A DNA stretch of 32,000 nt from Kiritimatiella glycovorans (GTDB lineage Bacteria > Verrucomicrobiota > Kiritimatiellia > Kiritimatiellales > Kiritimatiellaceae), in the NCBI RefSeq assembly GCF_001017655.1, contig NZ_CP010904.1:1-32000 (forward strand), given 5' to 3'. The notes below the pieces were generated by a model, which was given only the letters and a program-made list of their open reading frames with translations, was not told where the DNA came from and ran no database searches. Below, one piece after another: positions 24,605 through 32,000 of this stretch; position 1 is the stretch's first letter; each line of letters begins with the position of its first letter. Both the position numbers and the translations under genes were made by a program.

Positions 24605-27211
24605 TCAGCTCTGCGAGAGCATGCTGCGGAGAGCTTCAGGCACGGCGCCGATGGCGTCATCGACTTTTGACGGATCCTTCCCGCCGGCCTGGGCCCTGTC
24701 GGGTTTTCCTCCGCCGCCGCCTTTGGCGATCTTTGCCACGGTGCCGAGAAGATTTCCGGCATGGACGCCGCGGTCCGTGCATTCGCGGCTCGCGGAGGCC
24801 GTAAAGCAGGCTTTGCCCCCGGAATGACTGCCCAGCACGATCACCCCGGATTCGAAGCGGTGACGCAGGTTGTCCTGGGCATGCCTCAGGGCGTCCATGG
24901 GCAGTTCGCCCATAAAGGCGGCGATCAGCGGGACGCCTTCAACCTCCGTCCGCTGCTGCAGGATGGCATCCAGATCCGCGGCGGCATCTTTCTTGCGCTG
25001 TTCGCGCAATTCCTTTTCAAGGCGCTTGCACCGGGTCTGCAGGGCGTCCACTCGCTCGGGCAGCTCGGCTGCGGGGACCCCCAGGCCGGTGGACAGTCGG
25101 CTCAGGATCTCGTGTTCGTCGCGGGCGAGCGACCAGGCCCCCATGCCGCACGCCGCCTCGATGCGGCGGATGCCCGAGGCGACCGACGATTCGGCGACGA
25201 TCCGGAAAAGGCCGATCTCGCCCGTCCTGCCCACATGGGTGCCTCCGCATAATTCACGGCTGACCCCGTCCACATCCACCACGCGTACGGTATCGCCGTA
25301 TTTCTCGTCGAATACCGCCGTAATGTCCTCGCGCTCACGGACTTCGCGGAACGGCAATTCATAGGTCTCCACCGGGGTATCCGCGATGACCCAGGCATTC
25401 ACCCTGGCTTCTATTTCTCTAAGCATCTGTGCGTCAACACTTTCGAAATAATTAAAATCGAAGCGCAGTCGGTCGGGGGCGACCATTGAGCCGGCCTGGC
25501 GGATGGAGGCGTCCACGCATTCGCGCAGGGCGCGATGCAGCAGATGGGTGGCCGTATGGTGACGCCGCAGCCGCTGTCTTCGTTCGTGATCGATGGCCGC
25601 CGTCACGCGGTCGCCGGGCTTGAATCCGCCGCGCGTGAAGCGTCCGTGGTGGACGATGAGCCCTTCGGCCGGGCGAACGGCGTCATGGACCTCGAATTCG
25701 GCGTCTTCGGAACGGATCCAGCCCAGGTCGGCGAGCTGTCCGCCCGATTCGGCATAGAAGGGCGTTTCAGCCAGGAGGACGGTTTCGCGGTCGGGGACCT
25801 CCAGCACGGTGGTCTCGGTCTGGTGGGATTCATAGCCCGTGAACGCGGAGGCCAGTCCCCGGGCGGTCCATTCGGAGACCCGTTCGTCTTCTTCCCCGCC
25901 GCCGGCCTTGCTCGCGGCCCGCGCGCGCGCCCGCTGCTCGTCCATCAGTTCCCGGAAGCGGTTTTCGTCGAGCGTGAAGCCGCGCTCCGAGGCCATCAGC
26001 GCGGTCAGGTCCACGGGGAAGCCGTAGGTGTCGTACAGCTTGAAGGCCTCCTCGCCGGGAAAATCTTTAAACCCTTCCCGCTCAAGCTTTAATGCCGTAT
26101 CCTCGAACAGCGCGATTCCGCGGTCGAGTGTTTTGAGGAAGCTTTCCTCCTCGGCCTTGAGGGCGCGGAGGACGGCTTTTCTGTTTTCCCTGATTTCGGG
26201 GAAGATTTTGGCGAACTGCGATTCGACCACCGGGAAGAGTTCGCCGAGGAACGGGCGGTCGAAGCCCAGAGTACGCCCGTAGCGCACGGCGCGACGCAGC
26301 AGGCGACGCAGCACGTAGCCCCGGCCGTCGTTCGAGGGAAGCACACCGTCGGCAATCGCTACCGAAAGGGTGCGCACATGGTCGGCCGCCACCCGCATCG
26401 CCACGGCGTGTTCGCCCTCGTAGTCCTTGCCCGAGAGCGATTTAAGTTTTTCAATCAGCGGGGCGAAGATGTCGGTGTCGTAATTCGAACTCTTTCCCTG
26501 TAGTACGGCGGTGATGCGTTCGAAGCCCATGCCCGTATCGATGTGTTTCACGGCGAGGTCTTCGAGCGTTCCGTCGGCGCGGCGGTTGTGCTGGATGAAG
26601 ACCAGGTTCCAGATCTCGATCACGTCCGGGCGTCCGGCGTTGACCGCCTCCGCGGGCGCGTCGCCGCCGGGCGTGGCGTCGTAGTGGATCTCGGAGCACG
26701 GTCCGCACGGCCCGGTTTCGCCCATCTCCCAGAAGTTGTCCTTTTCATCGAAGCGCAGGATGTGCGCCGGGTCGAGGTCCGTCAGCTCCTCCCACAGCGC
26801 CGCCGCCTCGTCGTCGCTGCGGAACACCGTGGCCCACAGCCGGTTTTTGTCCAGGCCCCAGACCTCCGTAAGCAGCTCCCAGGCCCACTGGATCGCTTCG
26901 CGCTTGTAGTAGTCGCCGAACGACCAGTTGCCGAGCATTTCGAAGAACGTGTGGTGGTAGGTGTCGCGGCCGACCTCTTCCAGGTCATTGTGTTTCCCGC
27001 TGACGCGGATGCACTTCTGCGTATCGGCTACGCGCGTGTCCTTCGTTTCACGCTGGCCCAGAAAGAGGTCCTTGAAGGGGTTCATTCCGGCATTGACGAA
27101 GAGCAGCGTGGGATCGGTGGGCAGCACCACGGGGGCGCTGGGCACGATCGCATGGCCCTTTTCGCGGAAGAAATCGAAAAAAGAGGCCCGAATTTCGGCG
27201 GAGGTCATCAT
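24605..27211 (-). CDS. alaS: alanine--tRNA ligase, 868 aa
   Basis: FFDFFREKGH, HHTFFEMLGNWSFGDYYK, and editing-domain HTATHLLH. Confidence 0.97.
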   Translation of the reverse strand: MMTSAEIRASFFDFFREKGHAIVPSAPVVLPTDPTLLFVNAGMNPFKDLFLGQRETKDTRVADTQKCIRVSGKHNDLEEVGRDTYHHTFFEMLGNWSFGDYYKREAIQWAWELLTEVWGLDKNRLWATVFRSDDEAAALWEELTDLDPAHILRFDEKDNFWEMGETGPCGPCSEIHYDATPGGDAPAEAVNAGRPDVIEIWNLVFIQHNRRADGTLEDLAVKHIDTGMGFERITAVLQGKSSNYDTDIFAPLIEKLKSLSGKDYEGEHAVAMRVAADHVRTLSVAIADGVLPSNDGRGYVLRRLLRRAVRYGRTLGFDRPFLGELFPVVESQFAKIFPEIRENRKAVLRALKAEEESFLKTLDRGIALFEDTALKLEREGFKDFPGEEAFKLYDTYGFPVDLTALMASERGFTLDENRFRELMDEQRARARAASKAGGGEEDERVSEWTARGLASAFTGYESHQTETTVLEVPDRETVLLAETPFYAESGGQLADLGWIRSEDAEFEVHDAVRPAEGLIVHHGRFTRGGFKPGDRVTAAIDHERRQRLRRHHTATHLLHRALRECVDASIRQAGSMVAPDRLRFDFNYFESVDAQMLREIEARVNAWVIADTPVETYELPFREVREREDITAVFDEKYGDTVRVVDVDGVSRELCGGTHVGRTGEIGLFRIVAESSVASGIRRIEAACGMGAWSLARDEHEILSRLSTGLGVPAAELPERVDALQTRCKRLEKELREQRKKDAAADLDAILQQRTEVEGVPLIAAFMGELPMDALRHAQDNLRHRFESGVIVLGSHSGGKACFTASASRECTDRGVHAGNLLGTVAKIAKGGGGGKPDRAQAGGKDPSKVDDAIGAVPEALRSMLSQS

Positions 27212-27522
27212 GATAATCTATCCGGTTTTCGTTCCCTGAAAAACGTTCCTTCAGCGCGGTGTTCTGAAGCGGGCGTTGCGCGGACGCACCGCAGGCGCCC
27301 ATGATTGCGGATCTCGGGTTTCATGCAAGGAAGAAGCTCGATCGTGGATTTTTATGGAAGCTTTCCCGGAAAAGGAGGGATGCGGGAGATCGGGGGGAGT
27401 GACTGCGTAAAAAACGCTATCGCGGGGAGAGAATGGGATTCACCATGAAGGACATGAAGAGCATGAAAGTTGCTAGAGGGGGTGGGAGAGCCACCTGAGT
27501 TCAACATGGGGACACCCGGGGG

Positions 27523-27621
27523 AATATCGTACTCGTACTCGTGCTCGAATTCCTTGAATCGGGAAATGGGATCGCGCCTTCGGCGCTCCGAGTACGCGTA
27601 CGAGTACGGGTACGAATTATG
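27523..27621 (-). repeat. A element copy A5
   Basis: The reverse complement reads CATAATTC GTACCC GTACTC GTACGC GTACTC GGA-GCGCC-GAA-GGCGC-GATCCCATTTCCCGATTCAAGGAATTC GAGCAC GAGTAC GAGTAC GATATT. Confidence 0.88.
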
Positions 27622-27661
27622 TTCACCCTCCTCAACCAACCTTCATGTCCTTCATGTGAAG

Positions 27662-27719
27662 GTAGGGACGGACCTCCGGGCCGTCCGCAAAACCGGCGCG
27701 CTCGGAGATCGCGCCCTAC
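27662..27719. repeat. 58-nt GTAGGG-headed inverted doublet (second REPIN-like type)
   Basis: GTAGGG-ACGGAC..GGGCCGTCC ... GGCGCG-CTCGGAGAT-CGCGCC-CTAC. Two hairpins are enclosed by GTAGGG/CCCTAC. Confidence 0.7.
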
Positions 27720-27844
27720 CGAAGAGGTGCAAGCCGAACCCATGCGTGAGGGTAGGGGCGGACCTGCGGGCCTGCTACGAACGTAAGAGAGACCACGGAT
27801 GGGGTCTCGAATTCCGAATCGAAGTCCACATCGGGATTCACAGA

Positions 27845-27960
27845 CATGATTCGTACTCCTACTCGTACTCGTACGCGCACTCGGAGCGCCGGAGGCGCGT
27901 TTTTTCCAGTTCAAGAAATCGAGTACGAGTACCGCTTCGTTGAGTACGTTTACGAGCACG
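27845..27960 (+). repeat. A element copy A6 (variant: C-tract replaced by T6)
   Basis: CATGATTC GTACTC CTACTC GTACTC GTACGC GCACTC GGA-GCGCC-GGA-GGCGC-GTTTTTTCCAGTTCAAGAAATC (GAGTAC)2 CGCTTCGTT GAGTAC GTTTAC GAGCAC G. Confidence 0.88.
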
Positions 27961-28117
27961 ATGTGACGGGAGCGGATTTCCGGTCCAGCCACTCAACAGG
28001 ATCATAGAGCGGCCCGGCTCCAAAATCCGTTTTAATCCGCACCGTCTGCGGCAAGTCAATCCAGCCGACCGTTCGGCGCCCGGATCGGGCTGCCGGGCGA
28101 AAAAATTCTTCCCGTGC

Positions 28118-28145
28118 TTGTCGCGCGGAGATCGTCGATTATACT
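28118..28145 (+). promoter_or_regulatory. possible sigma-70 promoter TTGTCG-N16-TATACT upstream of the CBS gene
   Basis: Lies 22 nt upstream of ATG 28168. RBS GAGGAGGG. Confidence 0.35.
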
Positions 28146-28167
28146 GCCGCGAAAGAGGAGGGCGCAT

Positions 28168-28608
28168 ATGGGTACCGTGAACCGGTTGCTGGATTCCAAA
28201 GGAAGGGACGTGCTGTCGGTAAGTGCCGACACGCCGGTATACGACGCACTGAAAGAGATGGAAGACCGCGCGATGGGGTCGTCGCTGATCCTTGAGGACG
28301 GCAAGCTCGTAGGGATCATCACCGAGCGCGACTGTACGCGCAAGGTCGTGCTGGAGGACAAGGACATCCACCAGATGAAGGTCCGCGACATCATGAGCAC
28401 CGATCTGGCGACGATACTTCCCGACGAATCTCTCGAGGAGTGCATGCGCCTGATCACTGCGAATCGCATCCGCCACCTGCCGGTCGTGGATGAGAACGGC
28501 GAGGTCGGCGGCGTGGTGTCGATCGGCGACGTGGTCAAGTATCTGGTCACCGAAAAAGAGTTCGTGATCAAGAACCTCGAAAACTACATCACCGGCACGG
28601 GGATGTGA
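28168..28608 (+). CDS. CBS-pair domain protein, 146 aa
   Basis: Start trimmed to ATG 28168 (MGTVNRLL). Two CBS repeats (VGIITERDCTRKV ... RIRHLPVVDENGEVGGVVSIGDVVK). Confidence 0.85.
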   Translation: MGTVNRLLDSKGRDVLSVSADTPVYDALKEMEDRAMGSSLILEDGKLVGIITERDCTRKVVLEDKDIHQMKVRDIMSTDLATILPDESLEECMRLITANRIRHLPVVDENGEVGGVVSIGDVVKYLVTEKEFVIKNLENYITGTGM

Positions 28609-28712
28609 CGGCAACGGTTCCGCGCTGACCGGGAGGGGCGTGATCGGGGACGGGTTGTGGAAAGCTCCGCATCCTGTGGAATCTGCACCCCCGGAGGCGC
28701 CCGTCCGGGCGG

Positions 28713-29375
28713 TCAGCGTTTCCGGCGCCGGTTGATCTCGTCGGCGGGGATGAAGATCAGGACCTTGGTTTCGAGTTCCGGCTCCTCGATCCAGAGCGAG
28801 AGCGGGAAGAGTTCGTAGTCCTCGATCCCCGCCTCGTCCAGCTCCAGGCTCGGATCGCCGCCCTTCAGGTAGAACAGTCCGCGGCGCTCCTCCCCGTGCG
28901 CACCCGCCCCGATGCGTCCGCGGAGCCAGTCGCACAGGGTCGCCAGCGATTTCAGCGCGCGGCCCGTGACGAAATCGAACCGCTCCTCCATGGATTCGAT
29001 TCTCGCGCGCCGGACCTCGACATTAGCGAGTTCCAGCCGGTCGACGAGGTCTTCCAGCACGCGGGTTTTCTTGGCCACGGAGTCCACCAGGGTGAACCGG
29101 CAGTCGGGGCGCAGGATGGCCAGCGGGAGTCCCGGCAGGCCGCCCCCGCTGCCCGCATCCATGATGGCGGAGTCGGCGGGAAAATCGACGGCGCGCAGTA
29201 CGGCGAGCGAGGGCAGCAGGTGTTTGCGTTCGAAGTTGGGCATATCCCGTCGGGAGACGAGATTGATGCGTTCATTCCACCAGCCCAGCAGGCGCGCATA
29301 TTCGGCGAGTACGTGTCGCTGGTTCTCGTCGAGTTCGGGAAAGTTCTGTCGGACCAGCGGAAGTGGCTCACTCAT
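28713..29375 (-). CDS. rsmG: 16S rRNA (guanine527-N7)-methyltransferase RsmG (GidB), 220 aa
   Basis: SAM motif IMDAGSGGGLPGLPLAI. WNERINLVS. Its ATG overlaps the argC stop (ATGA). Confidence 0.9.
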   Translation of the reverse strand: MSEPLPLVRQNFPELDENQRHVLAEYARLLGWWNERINLVSRRDMPNFERKHLLPSLAVLRAVDFPADSAIMDAGSGGGLPGLPLAILRPDCRFTLVDSVAKKTRVLEDLVDRLELANVEVRRARIESMEERFDFVTGRALKSLATLCDWLRGRIGAGAHGEERRGLFYLKGGDPSLELDEAGIEDYELFPLSLWIEEPELETKVLIFIPADEINRRRKR

Positions 29376-30427
29376 GGGTAGCGGCCCGGCTCGGTCAGGC
29401 CGGCCGTTTCATCGAGGCCGAACATGAGGTTCATATTCTGGAGCGCGTTCCCCGCCTGACCCTTCATCAGGTTGTCGATATGCGAGATCACGCGCAGGCG
29501 CCCCGTGCGCTCATCGACATCGATCAGCAGCAGGGCGCGGTTGGAGCCGCGCACGTGGTGGGTGCCGGCCGGGACGGAGCGGTCGCAGACCCGCACGAAC
29601 GGCGCATCCGCATAAAAGTCCCGGTAGGCCGCCAGTGCGCGGGCGTAATCGACGCCCTCCTCCAGCGTGCCGTAGAGCGAGGTCATGATCCCGCGGCACA
29701 CCGGCACCACCTGAGTGGTGAAGGTCAGGGCGATCCGGCGGCCGGCGCGGGCGCTCAGTTCGTGTTCCACTTCGACGAGGTGCTGGTGCCCGCCGAGCTT
29801 GTACGCGTTCATCTGCTCGTACCGTGCGGGATAATGAAAGACGGGACTGGCCTTCTTTCCTGCGCCGGACACCCCGGTCTTGCCGTCGGCGATCAGGGTT
29901 CCCGGGGCGGCCAGCTTCGCGCCGACGGCCGGGACGAGCCCCAGGAGGGCGCTGATCGCGAAACAGCCCGGGTTGCCGACCAGGCGCGCGCCGGCGATGG
30001 CGTCGCGATGGAATTCCGGGACCCCGTACACGGCCTCTTCGAGCAGGTCCGGCGAGGCGTGTTCGGGTTCGCGTCCAATGAAGTTCGCGTAATCGGCGTA
30101 CGATTCGGCGGACCCGAACCGGAAATCGCCGCTGTAATCGATCACCTTCGCGCCCCGTTCCAGTTCCCCGGCCGCCGCCTGCATCCCGACCCCGTCGGGG
30201 GTGGAAAAGAACACCACATCGTACGTTTCGCATGCGCGGTCCGAATCCGGCGTGCAGATCTCCAGATCGCAGTACCCCGCCAGGTGCGGGTAGAGATCCG
30301 AAATCGGCCGGCCTGCGTCCACCACATCGACAAGGGCGGCCGGTTCGACTTCGGGATGCCGCATGAGCAGTTCCAGTATCCCGACGCCGCCGTAGCCGCC
30401 CGCGCCCACAATTTTGGCCTTGATCAT
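29372..30427 (-). CDS. argC: N-acetyl-gamma-glutamyl-phosphate reductase, 351 aa
   Basis: Start trimmed to ATG 30427 (MIKAKIVGAGGYGG). Active-site Cys in LVGNPGCFAISALL. SHIDNLMKGQAGNALQN. Confidence 0.93.
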   Translation of the reverse strand: MIKAKIVGAGGYGGVGILELLMRHPEVEPAALVDVVDAGRPISDLYPHLAGYCDLEICTPDSDRACETYDVVFFSTPDGVGMQAAAGELERGAKVIDYSGDFRFGSAESYADYANFIGREPEHASPDLLEEAVYGVPEFHRDAIAGARLVGNPGCFAISALLGLVPAVGAKLAAPGTLIADGKTGVSGAGKKASPVFHYPARYEQMNAYKLGGHQHLVEVEHELSARAGRRIALTFTTQVVPVCRGIMTSLYGTLEEGVDYARALAAYRDFYADAPFVRVCDRSVPAGTHHVRGSNRALLLIDVDERTGRLRVISHIDNLMKGQAGNALQNMNLMFGLDETAGLTEPGRYP

Positions 30428-30575
30428 GACAGGTCTCCGTTTCCCGGTTTGAAAGGGCGCGACTATAAGCCTTTTCGCCCGCCTCCGCCAAGAAATCCCG
30501 GGCCCGGACCTGCTCATAAAAAGGTTCCCTCGTTTCCGGCTGGACGTCGCCTTAGCGTTCAACTATGAATCCCCG

Positions 30576-31571
30576 ATGCTTCTTTCGCGGCCAGCGGTAA
30601 ACTCAGGGATTCTGCGGCGCGCCGGGGTGTGTGCGGTCCTCCTGGCGGCGCTGTGTGCCGGTTCCGTTTCGGCGGATGTCCTCGTACTCAAGAACGGCGA
30701 CCGGCTCAAGGGGCAGTTCGTCAAAAAAGACGCGGGCGTCATTCATTTCCGTTCGGGGATGCTCGGCCTGCTTCAGGTGCCGCAGGCCAAGGTGCGGAAT
30801 GTCATCCGCCCCAAACCGGAACCCAAGCCGAAGCCGCAGGCGAAAAAGGCCCCGCCGAAGCCGGAAAAGAAGTTCGAATGGCGCAAATATTTCTCCGGTC
30901 GTCTCGGCGGCGGCTACACGCTGCGCGACTCGGATTACGAGCAGCGTCAGGGGGCCTCCAGTAATGTGCGGCGCATCAAGCGTGAGGACGAGATATTCCG
31001 GCTCTATGGGAATGTCGACTTCGACTACAAGAACGAGCACCTCAAGTGGGACCTGAACTACCGCTACATGGAACAGGACGATCTGCGCCGCATCGATTTT
31101 CTCGAACTGTCCCAGCTCTACCGCCACGACGTCGGAAAGAAATGGTTCCTGCAGGAGGAAACGAGTTACCACAGGGATTTCCAGCGGCTGGTGGACCGGG
31201 AGATCTGGCAGACCGTCGGCATCGGCTACCGGTTCTTGGACCAGCCGCGGTTTAAACTCCTTGTTGCGATCGGTCCGGCGTACCAGAACCTGGAACAGGA
31301 GGACGTGGGCAGCACCGAACGGATGCTCTTCGCCGTCGATCAGAATCTCGACTGGCGCACGGAAAAGAACCAGCTCCGCTTTTTTGAACAACTTGAGGTG
31401 AGGGCCAACAGCGACCGGCGGCTCATTACCGCGCGCGCCGGCGTCGACAACCGCATGGTCCAAAACCTCTTTCTGCGCCTCGAATACCGCTACGACTACG
31501 ACAGCATCGTCAACCTCGAGGACCCCTTCCTGCGGAAGATGCTGATCACCAGCGTGAACTACCGGTTCTAG
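30576..31571 (+). CDS. DUF481 (YdiY-like) outer-membrane beta-barrel protein, 331 aa
   Basis: Signal peptide ending CAGSVSA-DV. N-terminal VLVLKNGDRLKGQFV motif. Lys/Pro linker, then alternating amphipathic beta strands ending in ..VNYRF. Confidence 0.8.
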   Translation: MLLSRPAVNSGILRRAGVCAVLLAALCAGSVSADVLVLKNGDRLKGQFVKKDAGVIHFRSGMLGLLQVPQAKVRNVIRPKPEPKPKPQAKKAPPKPEKKFEWRKYFSGRLGGGYTLRDSDYEQRQGASSNVRRIKREDEIFRLYGNVDFDYKNEHLKWDLNYRYMEQDDLRRIDFLELSQLYRHDVGKKWFLQEETSYHRDFQRLVDREIWQTVGIGYRFLDQPRFKLLVAIGPAYQNLEQEDVGSTERMLFAVDQNLDWRTEKNQLRFFEQLEVRANSDRRLITARAGVDNRMVQNLFLRLEYRYDYDSIVNLEDPFLRKMLITSVNYRF

Positions 31572-31713
31572 CGTGAATGATGCACCGGCACCCCTTGTCT
31601 GACCTGTAACACACGATGGATACGCGCCTTACGGGGGCCGCCACCGAATCGGCGGTCTTGAGCTTGCTTACAGGGTAGACCAGGCGGGCGACGCGAGGGG
31701 TTCTGTACGTGAA

Positions 31714-32000
31714 CATGGCGCGCACGCGTACGTTTCGGTGCGTTCGGACGTGTGAGGGCCCGAAAAGGGCTTTTTTGGATTCTTCGCAGATTTTTGTGGT
31801 GGAGCCGTTCGGGGAAGAGGCGGGATGGAAGACGACAAACGTTCGTAGTAGCGCCGCACGCCTGCCCCGGCAGGCCAGGCGCGTGAAAGATAACGGCCCT
31901 TGTCCGCTACGCGGACCTGCGGGCCTACTACGAACGTAAGAGAGAACGCACCATTTCTTTGCCTGTGCTCTTCTCATCCATCTTTGCGATTTCCGGGTAG
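31714..32000. repeat. composite repeat block R5: T, P2, Y5, X (cut by the window end)
   Basis: T at 31714-31776; P2 at 31777-31839; Y5 at 31840-31936; X at 31937-32000. The span 31781-31995 is about 95% identical by eye to 18603-18818, in the same orientation. Confidence 0.9.
31840..31936 (+). repeat. Y element copy Y5
   Basis: CGTTCGTAGTAG ... CTACTACGAACG. Hairpin b is GTCCGC-TAC-GCGGAC, and the hairpin a C-tract is shortened to 4 C. Confidence 0.92.

Larger units (their letters stand above)
27341..27980. repeat. composite repeat block R4: P1 (expanded), A5 (inverted), inverted P1 tail, GTAG doublet, Y-like 3' half, S, A6, tail
   Basis: P1 at 27341-27522 including CATGAAGGA CATGAAGAG CATGAAAGT (27444-27470); A5 at 27523-27621; P1 tail at 27622-27661; GTAGGG..CCCTAC at 27662-27719; GTAGGGGCGGACCTGCGGGCCTGCTACGAACG at 27752-27783; S at 27794-27844; A6 at 27845-27960. 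Confidence 0.88.

Noticed and set aside
27859-28935. 358-aa minus-strand ORF spanning repeat block R4, the CBS gene and the rsmG 3' end
   Set aside because: It crosses repeat modules and is antisense to the CBS-domain CDS. The sequence is low-complexity and Arg/Gly-rich.

Overview
This is about 32 kb of origin-proximal chromosome from a visibly GC-rich bacterium; the record starts exactly on the dnaA ATG. I cannot assign a taxon without a database search. I call about 30 protein genes and one tRNA, nearly all housekeeping: dnaA, dnaN, tRNA-Gln, a GT4 glycosyltransferase, pyrC, a YihY/BrkB-family protein, an AsmA-like protein, dgt, a MenA-like prenyltransferase, fba, ptsH, pheS, purB, a USP, ilvD, trmJ, three tandem hsp20 genes, rpmE, prfA, mnmG, alaS, a CBS protein, rsmG, argC and a DUF481 outer-membrane protein. 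I found no rRNA, CRISPR array, transposase, integrase, phage gene or recognisable defence island. Four things look unusual. (1) A modular repeat system fills six long intergenic spacers, about 2.5 kb or 8% of the window by hand tally. It is built from recurring modules: hexamer-armed palindromes (A), GTAG-headed REP/REPIN-like inverted doublets (Y), purine-rich P modules whose heads act as terminator-like hairpins, and S, X and T modules. Copies show conserved stems, variable loops and two compensatory base-pair changes. I do not recognise these as any named repeat family. (2) Two parS-type 16-mers (TGTTCCACGTGGAACA) lie 48 bp apart, in frame, inside a lineage-specific insertion in mnmG. (3) A near-consensus sigma-54 promoter sits in front of the three-gene hsp20 operon. 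(4) A small overlapping two-gene cassette (nucleotidyltransferase-fold protein plus a 71-aa partner) takes its stop codon and terminator from a repeat module. A candidate oriC lies in the dnaA-dnaN spacer. All coordinates were indexed by hand, and repeat boundaries may be off by a few bases.
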